From: Eledone cirrhosa | Lineage: Eukaryota | NCBI GenBank assembly: GCA_964016885.1 | Contig: OZ024764.1 | Location: 2,480,001 to 2,544,000 of the forward strand | Length of the DNA stretch: 64,000 nt | Reading direction: 5' to 3' | Part shown: positions 11,949 to 24,327 of the stretch, one piece after another | How the letters are laid out: each line of letters opens with the position of its first letter | How positions within the stretch are numbered: position 1 is the stretch's first letter | Translations under genes and position numbers: made by a program | The notes under the pieces: model-generated | What the model saw: only the letters and a program-made list of their open reading frames with translations | The model's database searches: none | What the model was told of the DNA's origin: nothing

Positions 11949-12426
11949 GGAGGCTGCCAGTCTGGGAAACGAACTCACATTCTTTATGACCTTGAGTCCC
12001 AAAACCTTAGAGGCTGCCAGTCTGGGAATTGAACTCGCATCCTTTATGACCTTGAGTCCCAACACCTTAGAGGCTGCCAGTCTGGGAATTGAACTCGCAT
12101 CCTTTATGACCTTGAGTCCCCAAACCTTAGAGGCTGCCAGTCTGGGAATTGAACTCGCATCCTTTATGACCTTGAGTCCCAACACCTTAGAGGCTGCCAG
12201 TCTGGGAATTGAACTCGCATCCTTTATGACCTTGAGTCCCAACACCTTAGAGGCTGCCAGTCTGGGAATTGAACTCGCATCCTTTATGACCTTGAGTCCC
12301 AACACCTTAGAGGCTGCCAGTCTGGGAATTGAACTCGCATCCTTTATGACCTTGAGTCCCAACACCTTAGAGGCTGCCAGTCTGGGAATTGAACTCATAT
12401 CCGTATAACAGTGAGTCCAACACCTT
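11949..12426 (-). repeat. 60-bp tandem repeat derived from a tRNA-like SINE head
   Basis: About 8 copies; minus-strand unit contains AAAGGATGCGAGTTCAATTCCCAGACTGG versus SINE head AAAGGTTGTGAGTTCAATTCTCAGACCGG. Confidence 0.85.
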
Positions 12427-12694
12427 CCGTTCTATACAGCTATCCATCTTTCATTTTCTCTATCTATCTCTTCATCGATCCACCTCTCTGTCTATCTCTC
12501 ACTCACCTTATAACTATTTCTCTTTCTTCCTCCTCCTCCTCCTCCTCCTCTCCCTCTACTCATACTCCTTCTCTCATCTCTCTCTCCCTCTCCTCACTTA
12601 CGCTCATCTCTCTCTCCTCCTGCTCTCACGTTTTTATAACTCTTTCTTCATCTCTTCTTCTCCCTCTCACCTTATTTTAACCCCTTCTTTCCCT

Positions 12695-13570
12695 CACACG
12701 TTATTTAAGCCTTTTCCCACCACCATTCCTCCCACTCCCACGTTACTTCTACCCCTTCTCTCAGCCATTTCTCTCCCTCTCACGTTATTTAAGCCTCTTC
12801 CCACAACCATTCATCCCACTCCCACGTTACTTCTACCCCTTCTCTCAGCCATTTCTCTCCCTCTCACGTTATTTAAGCCTCTTCCCACAACCATTCATCC
12901 CACTCCCACCTTACTTCTACCCCTTCTCTCAGCCATTTCTCTCCCTCTCACGTTATTTAAGCCTCTTCCCACAACCATTCATCCCACTCCCACGTTACTT
13001 CTACCCCTTCTCTCCCTCTCACGTTATTTAAGCCTCTTCCCACAACCATTCATCCCACTCCCACGTTACTTCTACCCCTTCTCTCAGCCATTTCTCTCCC
13101 TCTCACGTTATTTAAGCCTCTTCCCACAACCATTCATCCCACTCCCACGTTACTTCTACCCCTTCTCTCAGCCATTTCTCTCCCTCTCACGTTATTTAAG
13201 CCTCTTCCCACAACCATTCATCCCACTCCCACCTTACTTCTACCCCTTCTCTCAGCCATTTCTCTCCCTCTCACGTTATTTAAGCCTCTTCCCACAACCA
13301 TTCATCCCACTCCCACGTTACTTCTACCCCTTCTCTCCCTCTCACGTTATTTAAGCCTCTTCCCACAACCATTCATCCCACTCCCACGTTACTTCTACCC
13401 CTTCTCTCCCTCTCACGTTATTTAAGCCTCTTCCCACAACCATTCATCCCACTCCCACCTTACTTCTACCCCTTCTCTCAGCCATTTCTCTCCCTCTCAC
13501 GTTATTTAAGCCTCTTCCCACAACCATTCATCCCACTGCCACCTTACTTCTACCCCTTCTCTCAGCCATT
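12695..13570. repeat. 84-bp (71-bp variant) pyrimidine-rich tandem repeat
   Basis: Unit CACGTTATTTAAGCCTCTTCCCACAACC...CTCCCTCT, about 11 copies. Confidence 0.9.
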
Positions 13571-14350
13571 CCTCTCCCAACACCCATTCTCTCCTCCCCC
13601 CCTTCTCTGTAACATCACCAGATCCTCTCACTACCACCCTGCCTTCACCAATGAATGAACTTTACGTGCAACTTTGAAAAGAAGTCAATTTTAAATGATT
13701 TATTTTTACGAAATTTAGTAGATTAATTATGTAATCTTCATTCATTATTTATTCATTATTTATTCAATGAGTTCAAATCCCGCCGAGGTTAACTTTCCCT
13801 TTCACCCTTACGGGGTCGATAAAATAAAGTACCAGTAATACACTGACTAATTTGCTGGCCTTGTGCCAAAAGTAGAAACAATTATTTATTCAAAGTAATC
13901 CAACTTATTTTACTAACGGGATAAAAAGTTATAAACCGTACGCAGTCCCGCAGATCTTCCTTTATTATTGTTTATAAGAACTATAAACACCACCGTAACA
14001 GACTTTCTACCAATGTGTTGACCCAACCGATGGTAATGTATAATTCTTATCTTCACCACACAACCTTGCTTCTGTTTTTCAGATTCCTTCTCTGTTTATT
14101 TTTCTCTCTCTTTGAAGCCGTGGTATTCATTCTCCGTTCGTCTTCCCTTTACATACTTTTATTTTGTTTTTATGATAATGAAATTATTGTGTACAGAGCT
14201 CAGGTGCACAACTCATCAATGGTGTATGTGTAGTACAACTCATCAAGGTGTATAAAAATATAATTGTTTCTACTTTTGGCACAAGGCCAGCAATTAATCC
14301 AGTACATTACTGGTACTTTATTTTATCATAAAAATATAATATTATACTTT

Positions 14351-15098
14351 GGCGTTCCTTACTTTTAGCGGTCGCAAGAATTTAAGTAAATTTATTTTCA
14401 TTCGGACGTTCGGTCGTGTTTACATTTTGTTTGTGTGTTTAAAGGAAACATGCTGGCGACGAAGCTTCTTCTTTGCACGGCTCCATGTGTTCTCTATGAG
14501 CTGTGTGTGCACATCAAGGTCCGCAGGATCTACAAAGTTCCGTTCGTGCACCACAACATCATGAACGTAAATCCCACCTTCAATTTCCGAATAGGAAGCC
14601 CAACCGTCGGAGATGATGCGGCTGCCTGGCAAAATCCCTGCTGAATGATGGGGACGAGAGTGTCACGGCTTCGATTTGGGACTTCTACAAGGCAGCAGCG
14701 TCCAGAATGGCGTTCAACAGCGCCGAAGACCCAGTGGCCTTGTCTCCACAGGCCACGATGATACTTTCTATGGAAGTATTTGTATTCTTCTATCTCGACA
14801 ATGATGCACTCACCATTCTGCAAGCCTCATTACAAGATGGTTGGGCTTCCTATTCGGAAATTGAGGAAATTGAAGGTGGGATTTACGTTCATGATGTTGT
14901 GGTGCACGAACGGAACTTTGTAGATCCTGCGGACCCTGATGTGCACACACAGCTCATAGAGAACACATGGAGCCGTGCAAAGAAGAAGCTTCGTCGCCAG
15001 CATGTTTCGTTTAAACACACACGACCGAACGTCGTGTTTACATTTAAATGAAAATAAATTTACTTTCGTTCTTGCGACCGCTAAAAGTAAGGAACGCC
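14351..15098. mobile_element. Merlin (IS1595/ISXO2-like) DNA transposon, defective fold-back derivative
   Basis: TIR GGCGTTCCTTACTTTTAGCGGTCGCAAGAA at both ends; 9-bp TSD TTATACTTT/TTATAATTT. Transposase motifs VEIEE..RKYHRG..WVFGAVER, IISDGWASY, VVHERNFVDP..HTQLIENTWSRAK. Confidence 0.88.
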
Positions 15099-15175
15099 TT
15101 ATAATTTATTGAACGGTGGATTGGCAGAGGGTTGGACGCCATGCTTTCCAGCATAGTTATGTCCCTTTACGATCT

Positions 15176-15926
15176 GAGATGGAGGTGATGACAGTGGGAG
15201 TTTGGTTCCTCTGTGTCAGGACCTGGTGTACATGTGAGATGGGGAGGGTGAGAGAGATGGAGGTGATGACAGCGGGAGTTTGGCTCCTCTGTGTCAGGAC
15301 CTGGTGTACATGTGAGATGGGGAGGGTGAGAGAGATGGAGGTGATGACAGTGGGAGTTTGGCTCCTCTGTGTCAGGACCTGGTGTACATGTGAGATGGGG
15401 AGGGTGAGAGAGATGGAGGTGATGACAGTGGGAGTTTGGCTCCTCTGTGTCAGGACCTGGTGTACATGTGAGATGGGGAGGGTGAGAGAGATGGAGGTGA
15501 TGACAGTGGGAGTTTGGCTCCTCTGTGTCAGGACCTGGTGTACATGTGAGAGAGATGGAGGTGATGACAGTGGGAGTTTGGTTCCTCTGTGTTCGGACCT
15601 GGTGTACATGTGAGATGAGGAGGGTGAGAGAGATGGAGGTGATGACAGCGGGAGTTTGGCTCCTCTGTGTCAGGACCTGGTGTACATGTGAGATGGGGAG
15701 GGTGAGAGAGATGGAGGTGATGACAGTGGGAGTTTGGTTCCTCTGTGTTCGGACCTGGTGTACATGTGAGATGAGGAGGGTGAGAGAGATGGAGGTGATG
15801 ACAGCGGGAGTTTGGCTCCTCTGTGTCAGGACCTGGTGTACATGTGAGATGGGGAGGGTGAGAGAGATGGAGGTGATGACAGTGGGAGTTTGGTTCCTCT
15901 GTGTTCGGACCTGGTGTACATGTGAG
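15176..15926. repeat. 78-bp tandem repeat
   Basis: Unit GAGATGGAGGTGATGACAGTGGGAGTTTGG...GGGGAGGGTGAGA, about 10 copies. Confidence 0.92.
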
Positions 15927-16115
15927 TGTATTTTCCACTAACGACCCTTGTAACCGTACATTGGCACTCTATTGTTCTATGCGAACAACTAAACTACTCG
16001 CCGTTTCTACACACTACTCTCTCTCTCTCACACACACTACTTCTTATACTTCCCCTTTGTATGTCTGTATGCAAGGGCCTTGTTTCAGTGGGGTACCAAG
16101 GGACAAGTCCTCCCC

Positions 16116-17073
16116 ACTGTAAAGTAGTGGTGGAGGTGCCACGCAAAAAAGCACCCAGCACTCACTGTAAAGTAGTCGTGGAGGTGCCACGGCAAAAAAG
16201 CACCCAGCCCTCACTGTAAAGTGGTCGAGGGGGTGCCACGGCAAAAATAAACCACCACTCACTGCAAAGTGGTCGTGGAGGTGCCACGGCAAAAAAGCAC
16301 CCACCACTCACTGCAAAGTGGTCGTGGAGGTGCCACAGCAAAAAAGCACCCACCACTCACTGCAAAGTGGTCGTGGAGGTGCCACAGCAAAAAAGCACCC
16401 AGTACTCACTGTAAAGTGGTCGTGGAGGTGCTACAGCAAAAAAGCACCCAGCACTCACTATAAAGTGGTCATGGAGGTGCCACGGCAAAAAAGCACCCAG
16501 CCCTCACTGTAAAGTGGTCGAGGGGGTGCCACGGCAAAAAAGCACCCAGCCCTCACTGTAAAGTGGTCGTGGAGGTGCCACGGCAAAAAAGCACCCAGCC
16601 CTCACTGTAAAGTGGTCGAGGGGGTGCCACGGCAAAAAAGCACCCACCACTCACAGTAAAGTAGTCGTGGAGGTGCCACAGCAAAAAAGCACCCAGCCCT
16701 CACTGTAAAGTGGTCGTGGAGGTGCCACGGCAAAAAAGCACCCAGCACTCACTGTAAAGTGGTCGTGGAGGTGCTACGGCAAAAAAGCACCCAGCACTCA
16801 CTGTAAAGTGGTCGTGGAGGTGTTACAGCAAAAAAGCACCCAGCACTCACTGTAAAGTGGTCGTGGAGGTGCCACTCAAAAAAGCACCCAGCACTCACTG
16901 TAAATGAGGTTGGTGTTAGGAAGGGCATCCAGCTGTAGAAATCAAGCCAGAATCAGTTCCCGTATGAGCAAGACAAGGTCATCCGACTGGACACTGCCCA
17001 CAACAGGACAACCCGTCTAACCCATGCTAGCGTGGAAGAACAGACGTAAAAACGGTGATGATGATGATGATGA
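16116..17073 (+). mobile_element. SINE family 1 3' part with an internal 49-bp module amplified about 16 times
   Basis: Unit CACTGTAAAGTGGTCGTGGAGGTGCCACGGCAAAAAAGCACCCAGCACT, then the normal SINE 3' body and (ATG)n tail. Confidence 0.85.
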
Positions 17074-17264
17074 CAACAAAGACACTGTGGTAAAATACCA
17101 TGTGTCTCCTACATATTTATACAGACATACAGTGTGACTGTTTTGTTATTTATCAGCACTGACTTTGGGGTCAAACCACCACCATTACTACTACTGCCAC
17201 TACTACTAATAATAATTGTATCTACATTAGGCACAAGGCCAGCAATTATCCAGTGTATTTAATA

Positions 17265-18178
17265 ATAATACTGCTAATACTACTACTACTACCACTACTA
17301 CTACTACTACTGATAATACTGCTGCTACTACTACTGATAATACTGCTGCTACTACTACTACTACTACCACTACTACTACTACTACTGATAATACTGCTAC
17401 TACTACTACTGATAATACTGCTACTACTGCTACTGATAATACTGCTACTACTGCTACTGATAATACTGCTACTACTACTACTGCTAATGCTGCTACTACT
17501 ACTACTGCTAATACTGCTGCTACTACTACTGATAATACTACTGCTACTACTACTACCACTACTACTACTACTGCTACTACCACCACCACTACTACTACTA
17601 CCTCTGCTGTGGCTACTACTACTACTGTTACCACCACCACCACTACTACTACTACCACTGCTACTGCTACTACCACCACCACTACCACCACTACTACCAC
17701 CACCACTACTACTACTACCTCTGCTGTGGCTACTACTACTACCACCACCACCACTACTACTACCACTGCTACTACCACCACCACTACTACTACCACTGCT
17801 ACTACCACTACTACTACCACTACTACCACTACTACTACCACTGCTACTACCACCACCACTACTACTACCACTGCTACCACCACCACCACTACCACCACCA
17901 CCACTGCTACTACCACCACCACCATCACCACCACTACCACTACTACTACCACTGCTACTACCACCACCTCCACCACTACTACTACCACTGCTACTACCAT
18001 CACCACTACTACTACCACTGCTACCACCACCACCACTACCACCACCACCACCACTACTACCACTGCTACTACCACCACCACTACCACCACCACCACTACC
18101 ACCACCACCACTACCACCACTACCACTGCTACTACCACCACCACCTCCACCACCACCACTACCACTACCACTACCACT
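17265..18178. repeat. (CTA/CCA/CTG)n trinucleotide low-complexity tract
   Basis: Direct reading; source of the poly-V/S/L/T ORFs. Confidence 0.95.
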
Positions 18179-18335
18179 GTCTCTTGCCATTATAAGTACA
18201 CATTAACCCACCATAAGTTCAGGTCACATGACTAAAAGAATTCAAGTGAGGTGTACCACTCAGAGAGACAAGCAGGTTTGCCCATAACACATCCAACCTA
18301 ACGACTGAGGTAGGTGAATATATGTACCTATACTA

Positions 18336-20120
18336 TAGCTAGACTTGCTAGAAATAGCAGCCAAATCTCCCTCAAATAACACCCTACTGTCTTATGTATG
18401 AGGGAGACCTCTACATGGTAGCTAGACTTGCTAGAAATAGCAGCCAAATCTCCCTCAAATAACACCCTACTGTCTTATGTATGAGGGAGACCTCTACATG
18501 GTAGCTAGACTTGCTAGAAATAGCAGCCAAATCTCCCTCAAATTACACCCTACTGTCTTATGTATGAGGGAGACCTCTACATGGTAGCTAGACTTGCTAG
18601 AAATAGCAGCCAAATCTCCCTCAAATAACACCCTACTGTCTTATGTATGAGGGAGACCTCTACATGGTAGCTAGACTTGCTAGAAATAGCAACCAAATCT
18701 CCCTCAAATAACACCCTACTGTCTTATGTATGAGGGAGACCTCTACATGGTAGCTAGACTTGCTAGAAATAGCAGCCAAATCTCCCTCAAATAACACCCT
18801 ACTGTCTTATGTATGAGGGAGACCTCTACATGGTAGCTAGACTTGCTAGAAATAGCAGCCAAATCTCCCTCAAATAACACCCTACTGTCTTATGTATGAG
18901 GGAGACCTCTACATGGTAGCTAGACTTGCTAGAAATAGCAGCCAAATCTCCCTCAAATAACACCCTACTGTCTTATGTATGAGGGAGACCTCTACATGGT
19001 AGCTAGACTTGCTAGAAATAGCAGCCAAATCTCCCTCAAATAACACCCTACTGTCTTATGTATGAGGGAGACCTCTACATGGTAGCTAGACTTGCTAGAA
19101 ATAGCAGCCAAATCTCCCTCAAATAACACCCTACTGTCTTATGTATGAGGGAGACCTCTACATGGTAGCTAGACTTGCTAGAAATAGCAGCCAAATCTCC
19201 CTCAAATAACACCCTACTGTCTTATGTATGAGGGAGACCTCTACATGGTAGCTAGACTTGCTAGAAATAGCAGCCAAATCTCCCTCAAATAACACCCTAC
19301 TGTCTTATGTATGAGGGAGACCTCTACATGGTAGCTAGACCTGGTAGAAATAGCAGCCAAATCTCCCTTAAATCACACGCTACTGTCTTATGTATGAGGG
19401 AGACCTCTACATGGTAGCTAGACCTGGTAGAAATAGCAGCCAAATCTCCCTCAAATAAAACCCTACTGTCTTATGTATGAGGGAGACCTCTACATGGTAG
19501 CTAGACCTGGTAGAAATAGGAGCCAAATCTCCCTTAAATCACACCCTACTGTCTTATGTATGAGGGAGACCTCTACATGGTAGCTAGACCTGGTAGAAAT
19601 AGCAGCCAAATCTCCCTCAAATAACACCCTACTGTCTTATGTATGAGGGAGACCTCTACATGGTAGCTAGACCTGGTAGAAATAGCAGCCAAATCTCCCT
19701 CATATCACATCCTACTGTCTTATGTATGAGGGAGACCTCTACATGGTAGCTAGACTTGCTAAAAATAGCAGCCAAATCTCCCTCAAATCACACCCTATTG
19801 TCTTATGTATGAGGGAAACCTCTACATGGTAGCTAGACCTGGTAGAAATAGCAGCCAAATCTCCCTTAAATCACACGCTACTGTCTTATGTATGAGGGAG
19901 ACCTCTACATGGTAGCTAGACCTGGTAGAAATAGCAGCCAAATCTCCCTCAAATAAAACCCTACTGTCTTATGTATGAGGGAGACCTCTACATGGTAGCT
20001 AGACCTGGTAGAAATAGGAGCCAAATCTCCCTTAAATCACACCCTACTGTCTTATGTATGAGGGAGAACTCTACATGGTCGTTAGACTTGCTAGAAATAA
20101 CAACCAAATACTCCTCAAAT
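18336..20120. repeat. 83-bp tandem repeat
   Basis: Unit TAGCTAGACTTGCTAGAAATAGCAGCCAAATCTCCCTCAAATAACACCCTACTGTCTTATGTATGAGGGAGACCTCTACATGG, about 21 copies. Confidence 0.95.
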
Positions 20121-20353
20121 CACACACGTGTGTGTGTGTGTGAATATATATATATAATATTTAATATAGAAATGGCTTCTACAAGACTAAAACTATTTCA
20201 TTGAAAGGAAAGAGTTCTAGTCCTGTAGAAGCCATTTCTATATTAAATATTTATACTCTGCTATGTATTGAGTACCTTACTGTGGTTACCCCCGATTTAA
20301 CCCGGGATACACACACACACGCATGCATATATGTATATATATATATATATATA

Positions 20354-20738
20354 TACGATATTAAATAAATGGAAACTATATTTATAAAACCATATTTATT
20401 TCACTATATATATTTCAGGGATATCATATTAAAAATATGGTATGCCTTCTTCAGACAAAATACAATATAAACAGTCTTATAAATAGATAGATTTGACATA
20501 CCTTTCAACTTCAACTTCCATTTAAAAAGTTGATTTGGTAGTCAAATCAACTACCAAATCAACTTTTTAAATGGAAGTTGAAGTTGAAAGGTATGTCAAA
20601 TCTATCTATTTATAAGACTGTTTATATTGTATTTTGTCTGAAGAAGGCATACCATATTTTTAATATGATATCCCTGAAATATATATAGTGAAATAAATAT
20701 GGTTTTATAAATATAGTTTCCATTTATTTAATATCGTA
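20354..20738. mobile_element. Perfect 189-bp-arm inverted repeat, Penelope-like inverted pLTR remnant
   Basis: Arms 20354-20542 and 20550-20738 with a 7-nt loop; contains CTGAAGA...GAAA-TATATATA hammerhead-like core; set in (TA)n. Confidence 0.6.
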
Positions 20739-20873
20739 AATATACTCCAAATACTTGTTGAGTGCTTTTATATCAGTTATAAATATTTACTCGTTGTAAC
20801 CCAACAATTTAAATAAAACTTTGCATATATATATATATATATATGAGAAAGTATGACCCCTATATATATATAT

Positions 20874-21090
20874 ATTTAATTAGAAAGTGAACAACACAAT
20901 ATATAACTAATCCATTACCAAAGGTTTCAGGAACCCAGACAGTATTAACATACGTCTAGTTCGTTCACCAGACAAAGATAACCCCTCTCTCTGATGAACG
21001 AACTAGCCATATATTAATATTGTCTGGGATCCAGAAACCTTTGGTAATGGAGTAGTTTTATATTTTGTGCTGTTCACTTTCTAATTAAAT
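20874..21090. mobile_element. Imperfect inverted repeat with hammerhead-like core (Penelope-like)
   Basis: About 95-bp arms; CTGATGA(20991)...GAAA-CCTTTGG-TA; followed by a CTCTG...GAGCAC tail. Confidence 0.55.
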
Positions 21091-21240
21091 AGCTCTGTTC
21101 TGTACATGGAGCACTCTTTTTTCCTTTGCGTTTTCTTTGGAATTACGTAAAACACATATATATATATATATATACACTAAGAATAATGAGTTCTAAACTC
21201 AAGCAGTCCTTTACATATATATATATCTTTTCCTGAAGTC

Positions 21241-21569
21241 ATCATCATCATTTCATTTTACGTCCACTTTTCCCTGCTTGCAAGGGTGGGACGGGAACTG
21301 ATTCTGGCTTGATATCTACAGCTGGATGCCCTTCCTAACACCAACCTCATTTACAGTGAGTGCTGGGTGCTTTATTGCCGTGGCACCTCCACGTCCACTT
21401 TACAGTGAAATGATAGGGACCCCAGTCCCTATCATCTCATTTCTACAGCTGAGTAAACTGGAGCAATGTGTCTTGCTCAAGGAAACAACACATCACCCGG
21501 TCTGAGAATTGAACTCACAACCTTTCGATTGCAAGCCCAATGCTCTAACCACTAAGCCATGTGCCTCCA
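21241..21569 (-). mobile_element. SINE family 1, near full length
   Basis: Reverse complement of the 24328-24670 copy. Confidence 0.85.
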
Positions 21570-21972
21570 TAAAGTGTGTATACATTTTATTATACATATA
21601 TATGTTTGAAGTTTTTCATATACAGTACTAAACCCTTACTTTATCAAGGGTAAGAAATGGCACTAGTTTTTTTTCATACCAAGCTTCTGTGTATAATCAC
21701 TGGCAACTCTCAGAGATTCCACTTCAGCTCCACTCATGGTTGACCTAGGGCTAAACAATCTGTTAAATGAATTTATCTTAAATCTTGCCCTAAATTCTTA
21801 TCTAAAACTCACCTATATATGTATCATCATCGTTTGACGTACATTCTTCCATGCTTGAATGGGTTAGACGAGTTGTCTTGTTGTGGGCAATGCTAGGTCA
21901 AGTGACCATGTCTTGCTCATATAGAACTGATTTTGGCTTGATTTCTATGACTGGATGCCCTTTCTAACACCA

Positions 21973-22278
21973 ACCACTTTACAGTGTGGACTGGGTGCTT
22001 TTTGTTGTGACACCTACATGACCACTTTACAGTGTGGACTGGGTGTTTTTTGTTGTGACACCTACATGACCACTTTACAGTGTGGACTGGATACTTTTTG
22101 TCGTGACACATACATGACCACTTTACAGTGTGGACTGGGTATTTTTTGTCGTGACACATACATGACCAATTTACAGTGTGGACTGGATACTTTTTGTCGT
22201 GACACATACATGACCACTTTACAGTGTGGACTGGATACTTTTTGTCGTGACACATACATGACCACTTTACAGTGTGGA
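21973..22278. repeat. 48-bp tandem repeat inside a SINE-related fragment
   Basis: Unit ACCACTTTACAGTGTGGACTGGGTGCTTTTTGTTGTGACACCTACATG, about 6 copies; related to the 49-bp unit at 16116 on the opposite strand; also at 32967-33125. Confidence 0.85.
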
Positions 22279-22384
22279 TTGTTATATATATCAATCAAAT
22301 TTTTGCTTAATACATTTAATTGCTGACTATTGTTTCTTATATATAACTCATATATAAGTATAAATAATATTATTAGCATATATA

Positions 22385-22812
22385 TCATCATCATCATTTC
22401 ATTTTACGTCCGCTTTTCCCTGCTTGCAAGGGTGGGACGGGAACTGATTCTGGCTTGATTTCTACAGCTGGATGCCCTTCCTAACACCAACCTCATTTAC
22501 AGTGAGTGCTGGGTGCTTTTTTTGCTGTGGCACCTCCACGACCACTTTGCAGTGGATTGATAGGGACCCCAGTCCCTGTCATCTCATTTCTACAGCTGGA
22601 TGCCCTTCCTAACACCAACCTCATTTACAGTGAGTGCTGGGTGCTTTTTTGCCGTGGCACCTCCACGACCACTTTGTAGTGGAATGATATGGACCTCAGT
22701 CCTTATCATCTCATTTCTACAGCTGAGTAAACTGGAGCAATGTGAAATAAAGTGTCTTGCTCAAGGAAACAACACATCACCCGGTCTGAGAATTGAACTT
22801 ACAACCTTTCGA
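22385..22812 (-). mobile_element. SINE family 1 with internal duplication, 5'-truncated
   Basis: The segment TTTCTACAGCTGGATGCCC...ATCTCA occurs twice. Confidence 0.8.
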
Positions 22813-22894
22813 AAATAAATTGCTCTAGGGTTCTTATATATGTGATATATATTTATCTTTATCGAGCCCTCTTTGGATTTTAGTCTTCAAATTT

Positions 22895-22925
<31 letters not shown>

Positions 22926-23009
22926 GTAAAATGTAAACAGAAATAATACAATAAGTACAGTATATGGAAGGAATATATTAGGTTAACGCTTGATATAGCA
23001 AGAAGAGGG

Positions 23010-23045
23010 TCTTAACGTTTCGGATGCTAGTCCTTCATCAGAAGA
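23010..23045 (-). ncRNA. Minimal hammerhead ribozyme-like motif (Penelope-type)
   Basis: Minus strand TCTT-CTGATGA-AGGACTAGCATCC-GAAA-CG-TT^AAGA; stem I TCTT/AAGA, stem II GGA/TCC, palindromic stem III ACGT. Confidence 0.65.
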
Positions 23046-23353
23046 AAGAATGAGAAATAAAATAGATTGAGGGGACGGGTGGGATGGAATTGGAAAAAAA
23101 TGTCTTTAACTGTTGGTGCTAGACCACCTGTGACCCGTTGGGTCGAGTTCACTTCAAAATAAATTTTAAATAATTAAAATATACACAGACATGTATATAA
23201 TGTGAAATGAAATTGGAAGGCCCATATATATATATGTGTATGTATATATATATAAATGTGTGTATATATAAATGTTTCTACTTTAGACACAAGGCCAGCA
23301 ATCACCCAGTGCATTACTGGTACTTTATTTTATCGAATATAAATGTGTGTATT

Positions 23354-24310
23354 CTAGAGAATAAATTCCAAACTTGGAAGCAGGGACTAGAAAGAAAGGG
23401 TCTCAAAGTCAACATGACAAAGACTAAGGTCCTTATAAGTAGACGAGAAAACAGAACCCAGATCCCCTCAGGGAAATGGCCTTGCTCAGTATGTAGGAAA
23501 GGTGTAGGTAGGAACTCCATTCTCTGCCCCAAATGCAAACAATGGGTACACAAGAGATGTAGCGGGATCTCAGGAAGCTTAATTAAGAATGTAGGCTTCA
23601 CATGCAGCAGCTGTGCTGAGACAGCAAGCAGCAAACAGCCACAGGAAACAAGTACCACCAATCTCTGGGAGGGCTCTGTAGAAACAGTTGACAGCTTCTG
23701 CTACCTAGGTGATCGAATTAGCAGCAGAGGTGGGTGTTCAGAAAGTACAATAACTAGGGTAAGAACGGGATGGAAGAAGTTTAGGGAACTACTACCACTG
23801 CTAGCTGCAAAAGGCTTCTCCCTCAGAATGAAAGGCAGACTGTATGATGCGTGTATCCGAACAGCAATGTTGCATGGTAGTGAGACCTGGGCGCTGAAGG
23901 TGGATGACTTACGTAGATTAGAGAGAAATGAAGCCTGCATGCTCCGATGGATGTGTAACAGTAATATACGTGAACGACAAAGCATAAATGAATTGAGAGA
24001 GAGACTGAGCATAAGAGGTATCAAATGCTGTGTGCAGGAGAGGCGGTTGCGCTGGTATGGACATGTGATGCGTATGAAGGATGACAGCTGCATAAAAAGG
24101 TGCAGAGCACTAGAAGTTGATGGAAACCGCAGAGTGGGGAGACCCAAGATGACCTGGGATGAGGTGATAAAAGCCGACCTTACCCAATTACACCTCTCAA
24201 AGGCAATGACACACGACCGTGACCTCTGGCGTCACACAGTAATACAGAGTACCCGACCTCCCATGGGTACAAGCTGAAGCATATAGACGTAAAACGGTGA
24301 TGATGATGAC
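23354..24310 (+). mobile_element. RTE-clade LINE, 5'-truncated (RT thumb and C-terminal region)
   Basis: GLKVNMTKTKV, VDSFCYLGD, AMLHGSETW, RRLRWYGHVMR, GRPKMTW; Cys/His insert; (TGA)n tail. Confidence 0.92.
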
Positions 24311-24327
24311 ATATATATATATATATG

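Noticed and set aside
14420-15051. Bacterial IS1595 contamination or horizontal transfer
   Set aside because: Embedded with a TSD among eukaryotic SINEs; eukaryotic Merlin elements explain the similarity.
17227-18235. Poly-V/S/L/T mucin-like ORFs
   Set aside because: Trinucleotide repeats open in several frames on both strands.
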